Shown: positions 20,401 to 28,468 of the stretch, in pieces | Position numbering within the stretch: position 1 is the stretch's first letter | Layout of the letters: each line of letters begins with the position of its first letter | DNA from: Nevskia sp. | GTDB taxonomy: Bacteria; Pseudomonadota; Gammaproteobacteria; Nevskiales; Nevskiaceae | NCBI GenBank assembly: GCA_035651715.1 | Contig: DASRFD010000150.1 | Coordinates: 128,860-192,859, forward strand | Direction: 5' to 3' | DNA: 64,000 nt | Translations under genes and position numbers: made by a program | The notes under the pieces: generated by a model | The model's database searches: none | The model's input: the letters and a program-made list of their open reading frames with translations, nothing else | What the model was told of the DNA's origin: nothing

Positions 20401-21076
20401 GGTCAGCGACACGGGCATCGGCATCGGCGCGGAGGAACTGCCGCGCGTCTTCGACCGCTTCATGCAGGCCGACATTTCCAAGGCGCGCAAGTACGGCGGC
20501 ATGGGGCTGGGGCTGTCGATCGTGCGCAGCCTGGTCGAGGCCCACGGCGGCAGTGTGGCGGCATCGAGCGAGGGGCCCGGCAAGGGGGCGCGCTTCCTGG
20601 TGCGGCTGCCGCTGTCGCCCGGCATGCACATCGACAACGGGCCTCCCGCCGGCCCCGGCGCGCCGGCGGCGCTTTCGCTGAAGGGCGTCCGCCTGCTCGT
20701 CGTCGACGACGAGCCGGTCGGGCGGGAGGCGATCACCCAGGTGCTGCTGGCGCTCGGAGCCGAGGTGCAGGCGGCGGGCAGCGGAATAGAGGCGCTGGAC
20801 CTGCTCGAGCGCGAGCGCTTCGACGCGCTGATCTCGGACGTTGCCATGCCCGAGATGACCGGGTACGAGCTGATGCAGACCATCCGCAAGAACGAGGGGG
20901 CACGTGCGGCGCCCGGAATTTACGCCGTGGCGCTGACCGGCTTTGCCTCGATCGGCGAACGCGACGAGGCGCTGGCGGCGGGATTCGACGCCCACTTCGC
21001 CAAGCCGCCGAACATCGAGGAAATCGCGGCGCGAATCGCCGCGGCCGCCGCGGCGAGGGCCTTGCGGTCGTCCTGA
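17429..21076 (+). CDS. Hybrid chemotaxis methylesterase/methyltransferase sensor kinase: CheB-like + CheR-like + PAS + coiled coil + HisKA/HATPase + receiver
   Basis: Domain order read from motifs. CheB LNIAVLGASAGGVEAL. CheR GFFRDPEFV...VPACSTGEEAYSIALLL. Heptad-rich EELQSSNEELQ region. HisKA HELRSPLNVI. HATPase DTGIGIGAEELPRVFDRF and GGMGLGLSIV. REC LLVVDDEPV...DVAMPEMTG. Confidence 0.85.
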   Translation: MADQDNEESKPIDCLNIAVLGASAGGVEALSTVVAHLPDEPAFAAVVLMHLAADQESQLPEILAKQARWPVEPIAGGTPLQHGRIYVLTPGTVASVRDRRLLTMPRAEGLSRPIDEFMTAAADEEEVRAAAVVLSGMGSDGVAGAREIKAGGGRVIAQEPRSALHGGMPEAVIAEQLADEVLAPEAVGPALLRYFQSRSERSEVNDAHVEEALAQIKRGLGVNLGYYKAVNVRRRLARRAFLQAGGDLGAYMQRLEDDREELKALRDDLLIGVTGFFRDPEFVGALEQHVLPELLQGSQEIRIWVPACSTGEEAYSIALLLHHTLESAGLHRKMQVFGSDINDEAIRKARIGRYDAAAVASIPPMLRERYLVAEEGAWRIAKPVRETCVFATHNLFVNAPFSNVDLVSARNLLIYVRKAAKRHAFEVFSYALRRNGKLLLAPSEAADPELFEDYQPQLSLYRRRQVTRPPLRGFIFGESAPTAVTERPEVAGPSLESVVDRLALARFEPPGFVVDTHGSVVQFRGDTAHLLQPTRGDAALSLAKLIHPDLQVDVRAALMEAVHSKLTVRRERLRFGDRLCTLEVVPVPSGGAERYFLVSVDDRGSTPPLPAPGSPDGRAEDLERYVRVLGDELEQTRAQLKQVVVDYDATGEELRTANEEVLSANEELQSSNEELQEAKRSLEGANADLGTLNQRLQERNEQLSALNDDLGNLIRGIPVPVLMLDRDRCVRYFTPAAAELLGLHESDLGRPLRIDPVFADGALDAPLDEALGELRPVQREIQDANGRWYALHVRAYQTSENRVEGAVCALQDIHGLKVSLEAANSARAEAERANAAKNDFLALVSHELRSPLNVIANWVQLLLILKKDQGADERERRGLDTIHRQCQNLARLIDELLDISRITSGRLVLDLRPVDLAAVVRATVEALEPGADSRKVRLTTAGLSDELRMAGDTRRLQQIVGNILGNALKFTPEGGKVEVSLARIGTVAELAVSDTGIGIGAEELPRVFDRFMQADISKARKYGGMGLGLSIVRSLVEAHGGSVAASSEGPGKGARFLVRLPLSPGMHIDNGPPAGPGAPAALSLKGVRLLVVDDEPVGREAITQVLLALGAEVQAAGSGIEALDLLERERFDALISDVAMPEMTGYELMQTIRKNEGARAAPGIYAVALTGFASIGERDEALAAGFDAHFAKPPNIEEIAARIAAAAAARALRSS

Positions 21077-21192
21077 TTGGCGGGCGGAGAGCCGGGGGCG
21101 CCAACAGGGTCAGGCGGATCGCTCGTGCAAAAATGATCGCGCTCATTCGTGCTTGAAACACGAAAGCGATGCAGGATCAGGAGCTTGGGAAA

Positions 21193-21268
21193 TGGTGGCC
21201 GGGGACGGAATCGAACCGCCGACACGGGGATTTTCAGTCCCCTGCTCTACCAACTGAGCTACCCGGCC
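21193..21268 (-). tRNA. tRNA-Phe (anticodon GAA)
   Basis: Reverse complement GGCCGGGTAGCTCAGTTGGTAGAGCAGGGGACTGAAAATCCCCGTGTCGGCGGTTCGATTCCGTCCCCGGCCACCA. 7-bp acceptor stem, GAA in a 7-nt anticodon loop, TTCGATT T-loop, encoded CCA. Confidence 0.9.
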
Positions 21269-21310
21269 GCGCTGCGGAGCGCGCAATTAGACGCGAAAGC
21301 CCCCCTAACG

Positions 21311-21589
21311 TCAAGGTTTCGCGGGCGGGGGCGTGTAGTGGGTGCCGGTCAGCTCGCCGCCGCCGAAGAAGTACTTTTCCATCTCCTCGGCGAGGAACTT
21401 GCGCGCCGAGGCGTCGGCCAGGGCCAGGCGGTATTCGTTGATCAGGCGGGTCTGGTGGGCGAGCCAGTCCTGCCAGGCCTGCTTCGATACGTTTTCGAAG
21501 ATGCGCTGGCCCAGCGCGCCGGGAAGCGGCGGCTTGGCCAGACCCTCGGCTTCCTGGCCGAGCTTGACGCAGTGGACGGTGCGGGACAT
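21311..21589 (-). CDS. yggX: Fe(2+)-trafficking / oxidative-damage protection protein YggX
   Basis: [55 protein letters not shown]... is a classic YggX. AGGAAA SD. Immediately downstream of mutY, a conserved pairing. Confidence 0.9.
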   Translation of the reverse strand: MSRTVHCVKLGQEAEGLAKPPLPGALGQRIFENVSKQAWQDWLAHQTRLINEYRLALADASARKFLAEEMEKYFFGGGELTGTHYTPPPAKP

Positions 21590-21601
21590 CGGGTTTCCTG
21601 T

Positions 21602-22729
21602 CTATCGGTTCGGGGCGGCGGCGCGGCGCGGCGCACGGCTGCGGCGGGGGGCGGGTAGCTCGAGCGCCAGCGCCCGCTGCGGCTGCGGCGCCTGGAGCCG
21701 GGCCAGCAGCTTCTGCACCGGCGCCGGCAGGCCCGGCAGCGCGTCGGCAGCCATGTTAATCCAGCGCAGCGGCACCTGCTCGCGCAGCGCGGCGGCGCCG
21801 GCGGCGCGCAGGCGCAGCGGCTCCAGCTCCAGCTCGAAATGGGTGAAGCCGTGGCGCAGCGGCGCCAGGGTTTCCAGCGGCTCGGCGGCGAGTCCGTGCT
21901 CGCGCGCCAGCCAGGCGGCGGCGTCCTCGCCGGCCTCCAGCACCGGCAGGCACCACAGCCCGCCCCAGATGCCGGCTGGCGGGCGCCGCTCGAACAGCAG
22001 CTCGCCGGCGGCGTTCTCCACCAGCAGCAGGCGGGCATGGCGCAGCGGGCGCTCGCGCCTGGGCCGCGGCGCCGGGAACTGCGCCACGCGGCCCTGCCCA
22101 TAGGCCTGGCAGTCGGCGCTCACCGGGCAGCGCCCGCAGGCTGGATTGCGCGCGGTGCACAAGGTGGCGCCCAGGTCCATGATGGCCTGGGTGTAGTCGA
22201 CCAGCCGCTCGTGCGGCAGCAGATTTTCGGCGAGGGCCCACAGGCGCTTCGCCACCTTCGGCTCGCCGGGCCAGCCCTCGACCGCGCCGTGGCGCGCCAG
22301 CACGCGCTTGACGTTGCCGTCGAGGATGGCGTGACGCTCGCCGTAGACCTGCGCCAGCACCGCGGCGGCGGTGGAGCGGCCGACGCCGGGCAGCGCGGTC
22401 ATCGCCTCGATGTCGCGCGGGAATTCGCCGCCGTGCTCGCCCGCCACCAGCTGCGCCGCGCGTTGCAGGTTGCGGGCGCGGGCGTAGTAGCCGAGGCCGG
22501 CCCAGTGCTGCAGCACGTCGTCGGCCGGCGCCGCGGCGAGGCTGTGCACGTCCGGAAAGCGCGCGACGAACTTGCGGAAGTAGGGAATCACCGCCGCGAC
22601 CTGGGTCTGCTGCAGCATGATTTCCGCCAGCCACACGCGATAAGGCGTGCGCGGCGTCTGCCAGGGCAGGTCGTGGCGGCCGTGGCGGTCGAACCAGGCG
22701 AGCAGGCGTTGACTGAAGGGGGCCGTCAT
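21602..22729 (-). CDS. mutY: A/G-specific adenine DNA glycosylase MutY
   Basis: Internal ATG with SD GAAGGGGG. MTAPFSQRLLAWFDRHGRHDLPWQ...HhH-GPD region LPGVGRSTAAAVL. [4Fe-4S] Cys cluster CTARNPACGRCPVSADC. NUDIX-like C-terminal domain. Confidence 0.9.
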   Translation of the reverse strand: MTAPFSQRLLAWFDRHGRHDLPWQTPRTPYRVWLAEIMLQQTQVAAVIPYFRKFVARFPDVHSLAAAPADDVLQHWAGLGYYARARNLQRAAQLVAGEHGGEFPRDIEAMTALPGVGRSTAAAVLAQVYGERHAILDGNVKRVLARHGAVEGWPGEPKVAKRLWALAENLLPHERLVDYTQAIMDLGATLCTARNPACGRCPVSADCQAYGQGRVAQFPAPRPRRERPLRHARLLLVENAAGELLFERRPPAGIWGGLWCLPVLEAGEDAAAWLAREHGLAAEPLETLAPLRHGFTHFELELEPLRLRAAGAAALREQVPLRWINMAADALPGLPAPVQKLLARLQAPQPQRALALELPAPRRSRAPRRAAAPNR

Positions 22730-22736
22730 GCGGCCG

Positions 22737-23348
22737 CTATTGTCGCTCTTCGCGCGCCGCCGCGCTGCCGGCGAACGGCGGCGGCGGACGCGCCAGCCGC
22801 TCGATGCCGGCCGACGTCCGCTCCGCCTCCTCGCGCAGCGAGCGCTCCACCAGCCAGGGGCCGAGCAGCGGCGGGATCCAGAACGCCGGCTCCAGCTCCG
22901 CGCTGAAGCGCAGCTCGGTCGCGCCGCCCGCCGGACGGAAATCCCAGTCGGCGCGGCCGTAGCTGAAGTCGCTCGACTCCGGCAGCACCTCGGCGTGCAG
23001 GGCGCCGCCGTCCGGACGCGGCGCGTAGCGCATGTCCTGCACCTGGCGCAGGGTCTTGCAGTACAGCATGGCGCAGACCCGCACCTCGGTATAGACGCGG
23101 GCGCGCTCGTCGCCGCCGCGCTCCAGCACCTGCACCTTCCGCACCGCCGGGTTGATGGCGGGAAGGCTGCCCGGCGCGGCGAAGGCGGCATAGGCGGCGG
23201 CGGCCGGGGCCTGCAGCTTCACCTGCAGGTCGACGCGGTAGCGGTTGCCGTCGTGCTGCACCTGCAGGGACTGGATTTCGGCGGCGGCAGCGGCCGGGAC
23301 CAGGGCCAGGCAGGCAAGGCGGGCCAGGCGCCTGGTCCAGACGCGCAT
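22737..23348 (-). CDS. SRPBCC (START/Bet v1-like, polyketide cyclase-like) family protein with signal peptide
   Basis: 203 aa. N-terminal signal peptide. SRPBCC-like beta-rich pattern. Same strand and tight spacing with mutY. Confidence 0.55.
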   Translation of the reverse strand: MRVWTRRLARLACLALVPAAAAAEIQSLQVQHDGNRYRVDLQVKLQAPAAAAYAAFAAPGSLPAINPAVRKVQVLERGGDERARVYTEVRVCAMLYCKTLRQVQDMRYAPRPDGGALHAEVLPESSDFSYGRADWDFRPAGGATELRFSAELEPAFWIPPLLGPWLVERSLREEAERTSAGIERLARPPPPFAGSAAAREERQ

Positions 23349-23401
23349 GGAGGCCCGCCCCCGCGGGAGTGGCGGCGTTTTCGAGCGGATGTCTTCGAGC
23401 C

Positions 23402-25486
23402 TTATTGTTTCTTGTTGAACAGGTTCTGCAAGGTATTCACCAGGTCGCCGTTCTTGCCCTTGCCCAGCTTGTCGGTCAGCTTCTGCACCGCCTGCTGCTT
23501 CAACGCCTCGGCGATGTCGAGCTGGTAGCGCGGCGCGCTGAAGGAGCCATAGACCCGCACCGGGATGATGATGCCCTGCAGGTTCACCAGCTCCTTGCCG
23601 CCCTGGCCGGTGGCGGTGTTCACCAGGGTCGGCTTGGCCAGGTAGTCCAGGGTACTGTTGGCGAGGTCGACCTGGCCGGCGCCGGACAGGCGCAGCAGGG
23701 GGCTGGCGCCATTGAGGTCATCGGAGCGCAGCACGCCGTTGCTGATGCGGCCGCTGGCGCTCAGGGTGCTGAAGTCGGTCTGCTGCGCGCCGCTGTCCGG
23801 CAGCGGCTGGCCGCGGTAGAGGGAATCGGCCTGGCGGATGATCTGGGCCAGGTTGAAGCCCTTCACGGCGCCGTTCTGCAGGGCCACGGCGGTGGTGCCG
23901 TTGAGGCCGCGCTTGAGTTCGGCCACGGTGTTGCCGGCGCTCGTCACGTCGAGGCTGAAGTTGCCGGTGCCGGTGACGTAGTCCTTGCCCATGAAGTCCT
24001 GCAGCAGCGGGCCGGCGTTGATCGAGCCGAGCTTGAGCGTCTCGCCCAGCGCGGGCCGCGCGCCGGGCCCCAGGCGCGTGGCGGAGCTGAGGCTGCCGCC
24101 GTAGAGCGCGGCGCCGAGGTCGATAGCCTTCTGCGCACCCTTGGCGGCGGCCAGCTTGAGCTGCACGTTGGCCAGGTTGAGGTTCTTCAGCTTGAGCTTG
24201 CCGATGTCGAGCGTGCCGCTGGCGTTGAGGCCGTCGAGCTTGTCCAGCCCCAGCGGCGCATTGTCGCCCTCGCCCGGCTTGCCGCCGCCGGACGGCGCCA
24301 CCGGGTTGCGCTTGGCCGGCGGCGCCAGGTAGCGGTCGGCGTCGATCTGGTCGAGCCTGAGGGCGAAGCGCAGGGCGCCGCCGGCGAGGCCGGCACTGCC
24401 GCCCAGGGTGCTCTGGTCGAGCTTGAGCTCCAGGCCTTCGAGGCGGGCGCCGTCCGAACCGACCTGCAGCGTGCCCTTGAGGCTGGCCTGCTTCAGCGCG
24501 GTGGCGTCCGCGGTCTGCAGCGCCATCCCGAGGGACTTGAAGGTGTCGCGCGGATCGAACGGCTCCACGCTGAGCGGACCGCTGAGGCGGAGGCTGCGGG
24601 AGCCGCCGTCCATGCCGTTGCCGTCGAGGCTGGCGTTGACCACCAGGTTGGCCAGCTTGAGCCGGCCCTTGCTGAGCTGGAGCGTGCCCTTGTCGGTGTC
24701 GCCGTGCACCGCGCCGCTCAGCGCAAGCTGCTGCTTGCCGCCGGGCACGCCGGCGCCGCTGGCGTCGACAGTGGCGTCGATGTCCTGCGCGTCGAAGCTG
24801 TCGCGATCGAATTCCAGCCTGGCCGAAGCCTTGACATCGGCGTTCAGCGCCGGGTCGGCCACCGCCGCGTTGAAAGCCAGCTTCACGTCGAAGGACCGGC
24901 CGGAGGCGATGGTGCCGGTGCTGAGGCTGAGGCTGAACTTGTTGAGGGCGTAGGACTTCTTCGCCTGCTGGTCGACGTAGCTGATGTTGGCGTTGTCGAT
25001 GTCGATGCCGGCGATGCGGTCCAGCTCGCCGCCGGAGGTTTGCGGCTGCGGCGCGGGCGCGGGACGCTTCCGCGACGGCTCCTTTTCGTGCTCGGACTCG
25101 ACCAGGTCATCCCAGTTGCTCTTGCCGTCGGCGTGCTTGAGCAGGTTCAGGCGCAGGTCGTGCAGGGTGATGCTGGACACCTCGGCGCGATGGCGCAGCA
25201 GCAGCGGCAACAGGCGCACCCCGATCCTGGCCTCGCCCACCTGGGCCATCGGGTCCTCGCCGAAACCCTCGGCATTGCTCAGCTTCACGTCCTTGACCCG
25301 CGCGCCCAGGGTCGGGAACAGGCTCAGGTGGATTTCGCCGATGTCCAGCTTGCGGTGGATCTTGTCGCCGACCTCGGCGCTGATCCGGCCGCGGAAGTTG
25401 TTGGGGTCGAACAGCAGCGCCGCCGCGACCGCCAGCAGAACGACGCCGGCGACCAGGGTGGCGAGGGCCCACAGGAAAATGCGCAT
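23402..25486 (-). CDS. asmA: AsmA-family outer-membrane assembly protein
   Basis: 694 aa. N-terminal TM MRIFLWALATLVAGVVLLAVAAALLF followed by a long beta-rich AsmA-like region and the AsmA C-terminal pattern. Confidence 0.8.
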   Translation of the reverse strand: MRIFLWALATLVAGVVLLAVAAALLFDPNNFRGRISAEVGDKIHRKLDIGEIHLSLFPTLGARVKDVKLSNAEGFGEDPMAQVGEARIGVRLLPLLLRHRAEVSSITLHDLRLNLLKHADGKSNWDDLVESEHEKEPSRKRPAPAPQPQTSGGELDRIAGIDIDNANISYVDQQAKKSYALNKFSLSLSTGTIASGRSFDVKLAFNAAVADPALNADVKASARLEFDRDSFDAQDIDATVDASGAGVPGGKQQLALSGAVHGDTDKGTLQLSKGRLKLANLVVNASLDGNGMDGGSRSLRLSGPLSVEPFDPRDTFKSLGMALQTADATALKQASLKGTLQVGSDGARLEGLELKLDQSTLGGSAGLAGGALRFALRLDQIDADRYLAPPAKRNPVAPSGGGKPGEGDNAPLGLDKLDGLNASGTLDIGKLKLKNLNLANVQLKLAAAKGAQKAIDLGAALYGGSLSSATRLGPGARPALGETLKLGSINAGPLLQDFMGKDYVTGTGNFSLDVTSAGNTVAELKRGLNGTTAVALQNGAVKGFNLAQIIRQADSLYRGQPLPDSGAQQTDFSTLSASGRISNGVLRSDDLNGASPLLRLSGAGQVDLANSTLDYLAKPTLVNTATGQGGKELVNLQGIIIPVRVYGSFSAPRYQLDIAEALKQQAVQKLTDKLGKGKNGDLVNTLQNLFNKKQ

Positions 25487-25652
25487 GCGCTGTCCTTCTT
25501 GGTGTCCTGAGCAACAGGCCCTAGTCTAGCGGCGCCGGCCAGGCCGCGGCGGCACGGGGTATCGGCTTGGATGCGCCGCAGCGCCCCGGCGGATGCACGC
25601 AGCGGCCGGCCGGGCGGGGTAAAATAGGCCTTTAGAGCCTGCTGCACCCCAC

Positions 25653-27026
25653 ATGCCCGCCCCCGCCGCACCCCGCCGCCACAAGCCGGCGCCCGCCTCC
25701 CGCAAGACCCAGGCCGCCGCGCCCAAGGTCGGCTTCGTCTCGCTCGGCTGCCCCAAGGCCCTGGTCGACTCGGAGCGCATCCTGACCCAGCTGCGCGCCG
25801 AGGGCTACCAGACCGTGCCCAGCTACAGCGCCGCCGACGTGGTGGTGGTCAACACCTGCGGCTTCATCGACTCGGCGGTGGAGGAGTCGCTGGACGCCAT
25901 CGGCGAGGCGCTCAACGAGAACGGCAAGGTCATCGTCACCGGCTGCCTCGGCGCCAAGTCCGGCGTGATCCGCGACAAGTTCCCCGAGGTGCTGTCGATC
26001 ACCGGCCCGCAGGACTACAAGGGTGTGATGGACGCGGTGCACAGCGCCGTGCCGCCGCAGCATGACCCGTTCCTCGATCTGCTCCCGCCGCAGGGCATCA
26101 AGCTCACCCCCAGGCACTACGCCTACCTGAAGATCGCCGAGGGCTGCAACCACAAGTGCAGCTTCTGCATCATCCCCTCGATGCGCGGCCGCCTCGACTC
26201 CCGCCCGGTGGACTCGGTGCTGCTGGAGGCGGAGAAGCTGGTGAAATCCGGCGTGCAGGAGCTGCTGGTGATCTCGCAGGACACCAGCGCCTACGGCGCC
26301 GACCTCAAGTACGCCAGCAAGACCTGGCAGAACCGCGAATACCAGACGCGCATGCTCGACCTGTGCCGCGGCCTGGGCTCGCTCGGCGCCTGGGTGCGCC
26401 TGCACTACGTCTACCCCTACCCGCACGTCGACGAGATCATCGGCCTGATGTCCGAGGGCCTGATCCTGCCGTACCTGGACGTGCCGTTCCAGCACGCCAG
26501 CCCGAAGGTGCTGAAGGCGATGAAACGCCCCGCCGCCGCCGAGAACACGCTCAAGCGGCTCGGCGCCTGGCGCGCCATCTGCCCGGACATCACGGTGCGC
26601 AGCACGTTCATCGTCGGCTTCCCCGGCGAAACCGAAGCCGACTTCGCCGAGCTGCTGGACTGGCTCGACCAGGCGCAGCTCGACCGCGTCGGCTGCTTCA
26701 AGTATTCGCCGGTGGAAGGCGCCAGCGCCAACCGCCTGCCCGGCGCGGTGCCGGAGGAAGTGAAGGAGGAGCGCCTGGCCCGCTTCATGAAGAAGCAGGC
26801 CGGCATCAGCGCCGCCAGGCTCAAGGCCAAGGTCGGCAAGACCCTGGAAGTGCTGGTCGACGAGGTCAACGCCGGCGGCGCCGTCGCCCGCTCCGCCGCG
26901 GACGCGCCGGAGATCGACGGCAAGGTCTACATCACCGGCGGCCTCAAGCCGCTGCCGGGGCAGCGGGTGCGGGTGAAGATCACGCGGGCCGATACACATG
27001 ACCTGCACGGCAAGCTGGTGAGTTGA
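25653..27026 (+). CDS. rimO: Ribosomal protein S12 methylthiotransferase RimO (radical SAM MTTase)
   Basis: [17 protein letters not shown] (UPF0004 domain). Radical-SAM CNHKCSFC. C-terminal TRAM domain. Carries a ~22-aa Pro/Ala-rich N-terminal extension. Confidence 0.9.
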   Translation: MPAPAAPRRHKPAPASRKTQAAAPKVGFVSLGCPKALVDSERILTQLRAEGYQTVPSYSAADVVVVNTCGFIDSAVEESLDAIGEALNENGKVIVTGCLGAKSGVIRDKFPEVLSITGPQDYKGVMDAVHSAVPPQHDPFLDLLPPQGIKLTPRHYAYLKIAEGCNHKCSFCIIPSMRGRLDSRPVDSVLLEAEKLVKSGVQELLVISQDTSAYGADLKYASKTWQNREYQTRMLDLCRGLGSLGAWVRLHYVYPYPHVDEIIGLMSEGLILPYLDVPFQHASPKVLKAMKRPAAAENTLKRLGAWRAICPDITVRSTFIVGFPGETEADFAELLDWLDQAQLDRVGCFKYSPVEGASANRLPGAVPEEVKEERLARFMKKQAGISAARLKAKVGKTLEVLVDEVNAGGAVARSAADAPEIDGKVYITGGLKPLPGQRVRVKITRADTHDLHGKLVS

Positions 27027-27404
27027 TTGCGGCAGGCAGGCTTCTGCGGCCTGTGCCCCGCCATCCCGGTTGAACGCAGCCCGGCGGATGTATTACCCGT
27101 CTCGCCGATGGAGTGCCCGCGGAGGGCCGTGCGCGCCGCCCTCGCTCAGGACTTCGACGGCCGCTGAGGGGACTTGATATCCGCGATGATCCGGCACGGT
27201 GAGCGGGCGCTGCCGCTTTTCCAGGACACCCGCTGCGAATACGATCGCTGCCGCCGCCGGCAGCGGCCAGAATGAAACCAGCATCAGGATCAGCATCGCT
27301 TGCCCCCCAATAGGACGGACCGAGCATGCATCCACGGCATCGGCTCTGTCTGTACGTAATTCCCCCAATGATTGGCGGGAACTACGTAGGCTGAAATCGC
27401 CTGG

Positions 27405-28316
27405 CTAAATCGGGGCCGCCCCCAGCAGGGCGTTCGCCAGCGGCACCGTCAACAGCGACAGCACGATTCCCGCGCCCAGCACCGTGTTCGCGAGCGGCGG
27501 CTCCAGCCCGTATTGGTCCGCCAGGATCGCCGCCGAGATCATCGGCGCCATCGCCGTCTGCAGCACGCCGACCGCGAGCACCTGGCCGCCGACGCCGCAG
27601 CCCACCCCCAGCGCGTAGGCCAGCAGCGGCGCCGCCAGCATTTTCCAGCCCAGGCCCAGGCCCAGCGCGGGAAGCTGCGAGCGGCCCAGGTGCAGCTTGA
27701 ACTGCAGCCCGACCGAGAACAGCGCCAGCGGCGTCAGCGTCGCGCCGAGGCGCTCCAGCACGTAGTGCGCCGGCTCCGGCCAGCCGCCCAGCGCGCCGGC
27801 GAGCAGGCCGCCGAGCAGCGCCAGGAACGAGGGGAACAACAGGATGCGGCGCAGGACCTCCAGCGGCATCAGCACCCGCCCGGCGTAGACCGCGGTGACG
27901 GCGACGCCGCCCACCGCCAGGGCGACGAAGCAGCCGGCCTGGTCGGCGATCACCGCCAGGCCCAGGCCCTCCTTGCCGCGCAGCGCCTCGATCATCGGGT
28001 AACCCATGAACGAGGTGTTGCCGAGGCCGCCGACCAGGATCAGCGCGCCGATGCGCCCGCGCGTCCAGCCCAGGCGCGGCCCCAGCGCGGCGAACAGCGC
28101 CCAGGCGCCGAGGAACAGCAGCCACATCGCCACCGGCAGGAACCACAGCTGCGGGTCGAAGCGCAGGCGCGGCACCAGGTCCAGCACCAGCGCCGGCAGC
28201 GCGATGTTCAGCACCCACCAGTTCAGGTGCTGGGCCAGGCCGGCCGGCGGCCTGGCCCAGCGCGACACGGCGGCGCCCAGCGCGAGGCAGAGAAAGAGCA
28301 GCAGCAGGGCACTCAT
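27405..28316 (-). CDS. AEC (auxin efflux carrier / MdcF-like) family permease
   Basis: Internal ATG MSALLLLFLCLALGAAV... About 10 TM segments and an AEC-like pattern. The track ORF begins at an upstream GTG. Confidence 0.7.
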   Translation of the reverse strand: MSALLLLFLCLALGAAVSRWARPPAGLAQHLNWWVLNIALPALVLDLVPRLRFDPQLWFLPVAMWLLFLGAWALFAALGPRLGWTRGRIGALILVGGLGNTSFMGYPMIEALRGKEGLGLAVIADQAGCFVALAVGGVAVTAVYAGRVLMPLEVLRRILLFPSFLALLGGLLAGALGGWPEPAHYVLERLGATLTPLALFSVGLQFKLHLGRSQLPALGLGLGWKMLAAPLLAYALGVGCGVGGQVLAVGVLQTAMAPMISAAILADQYGLEPPLANTVLGAGIVLSLLTVPLANALLGAAPI

Positions 28317-28468
28317 GGGGACATCACCGCGGGTAACGCCAGGCACGCCGGGGGCGAAAGTTTAGCCGATGCGGCTTTCTCCCTCCGGGCCTGGGAGAGG
28401 GGCGCGCTGCGGACACGGCGGCACCGGGTGAATCCGCGCGGCGCATCGCTGCCCCGCAGGGACAGGGC

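Noticed and set aside
21602-23191. 529-aa ORF suggesting a much longer MutY, and the 843-aa ORF 28469..31000 suggesting a giant FAD oxidase.
   Set aside because: In both cases the upstream parts are low-complexity read-through. Real starts sit at an internal ATG with SD (mutY, 22729) or a coupled TTG (oxidase, 30007). The neighbouring genes in other frames account for the remaining DNA.
25653-25720. 22-aa Pro/Ala-rich N-terminal extension on RimO ([24 protein letters not shown]) as a possible mis-called start.
   Set aside because: There is no alternative in-frame ATG/GTG/TTG between 25653 and the conserved [10 protein letters not shown] block, so the extension is accepted as real.
27093-27296. 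Possible 67-aa single-TM ORF (MLILMLVSFWPLPAAAAIVFAAG...) on the minus strand in the rimO/AEC intergenic region, with a GGGGGG SD-like run.
   Set aside because: No paralogs, only moderate GC3 and no recognisable features. Kept as unresolved rather than called.
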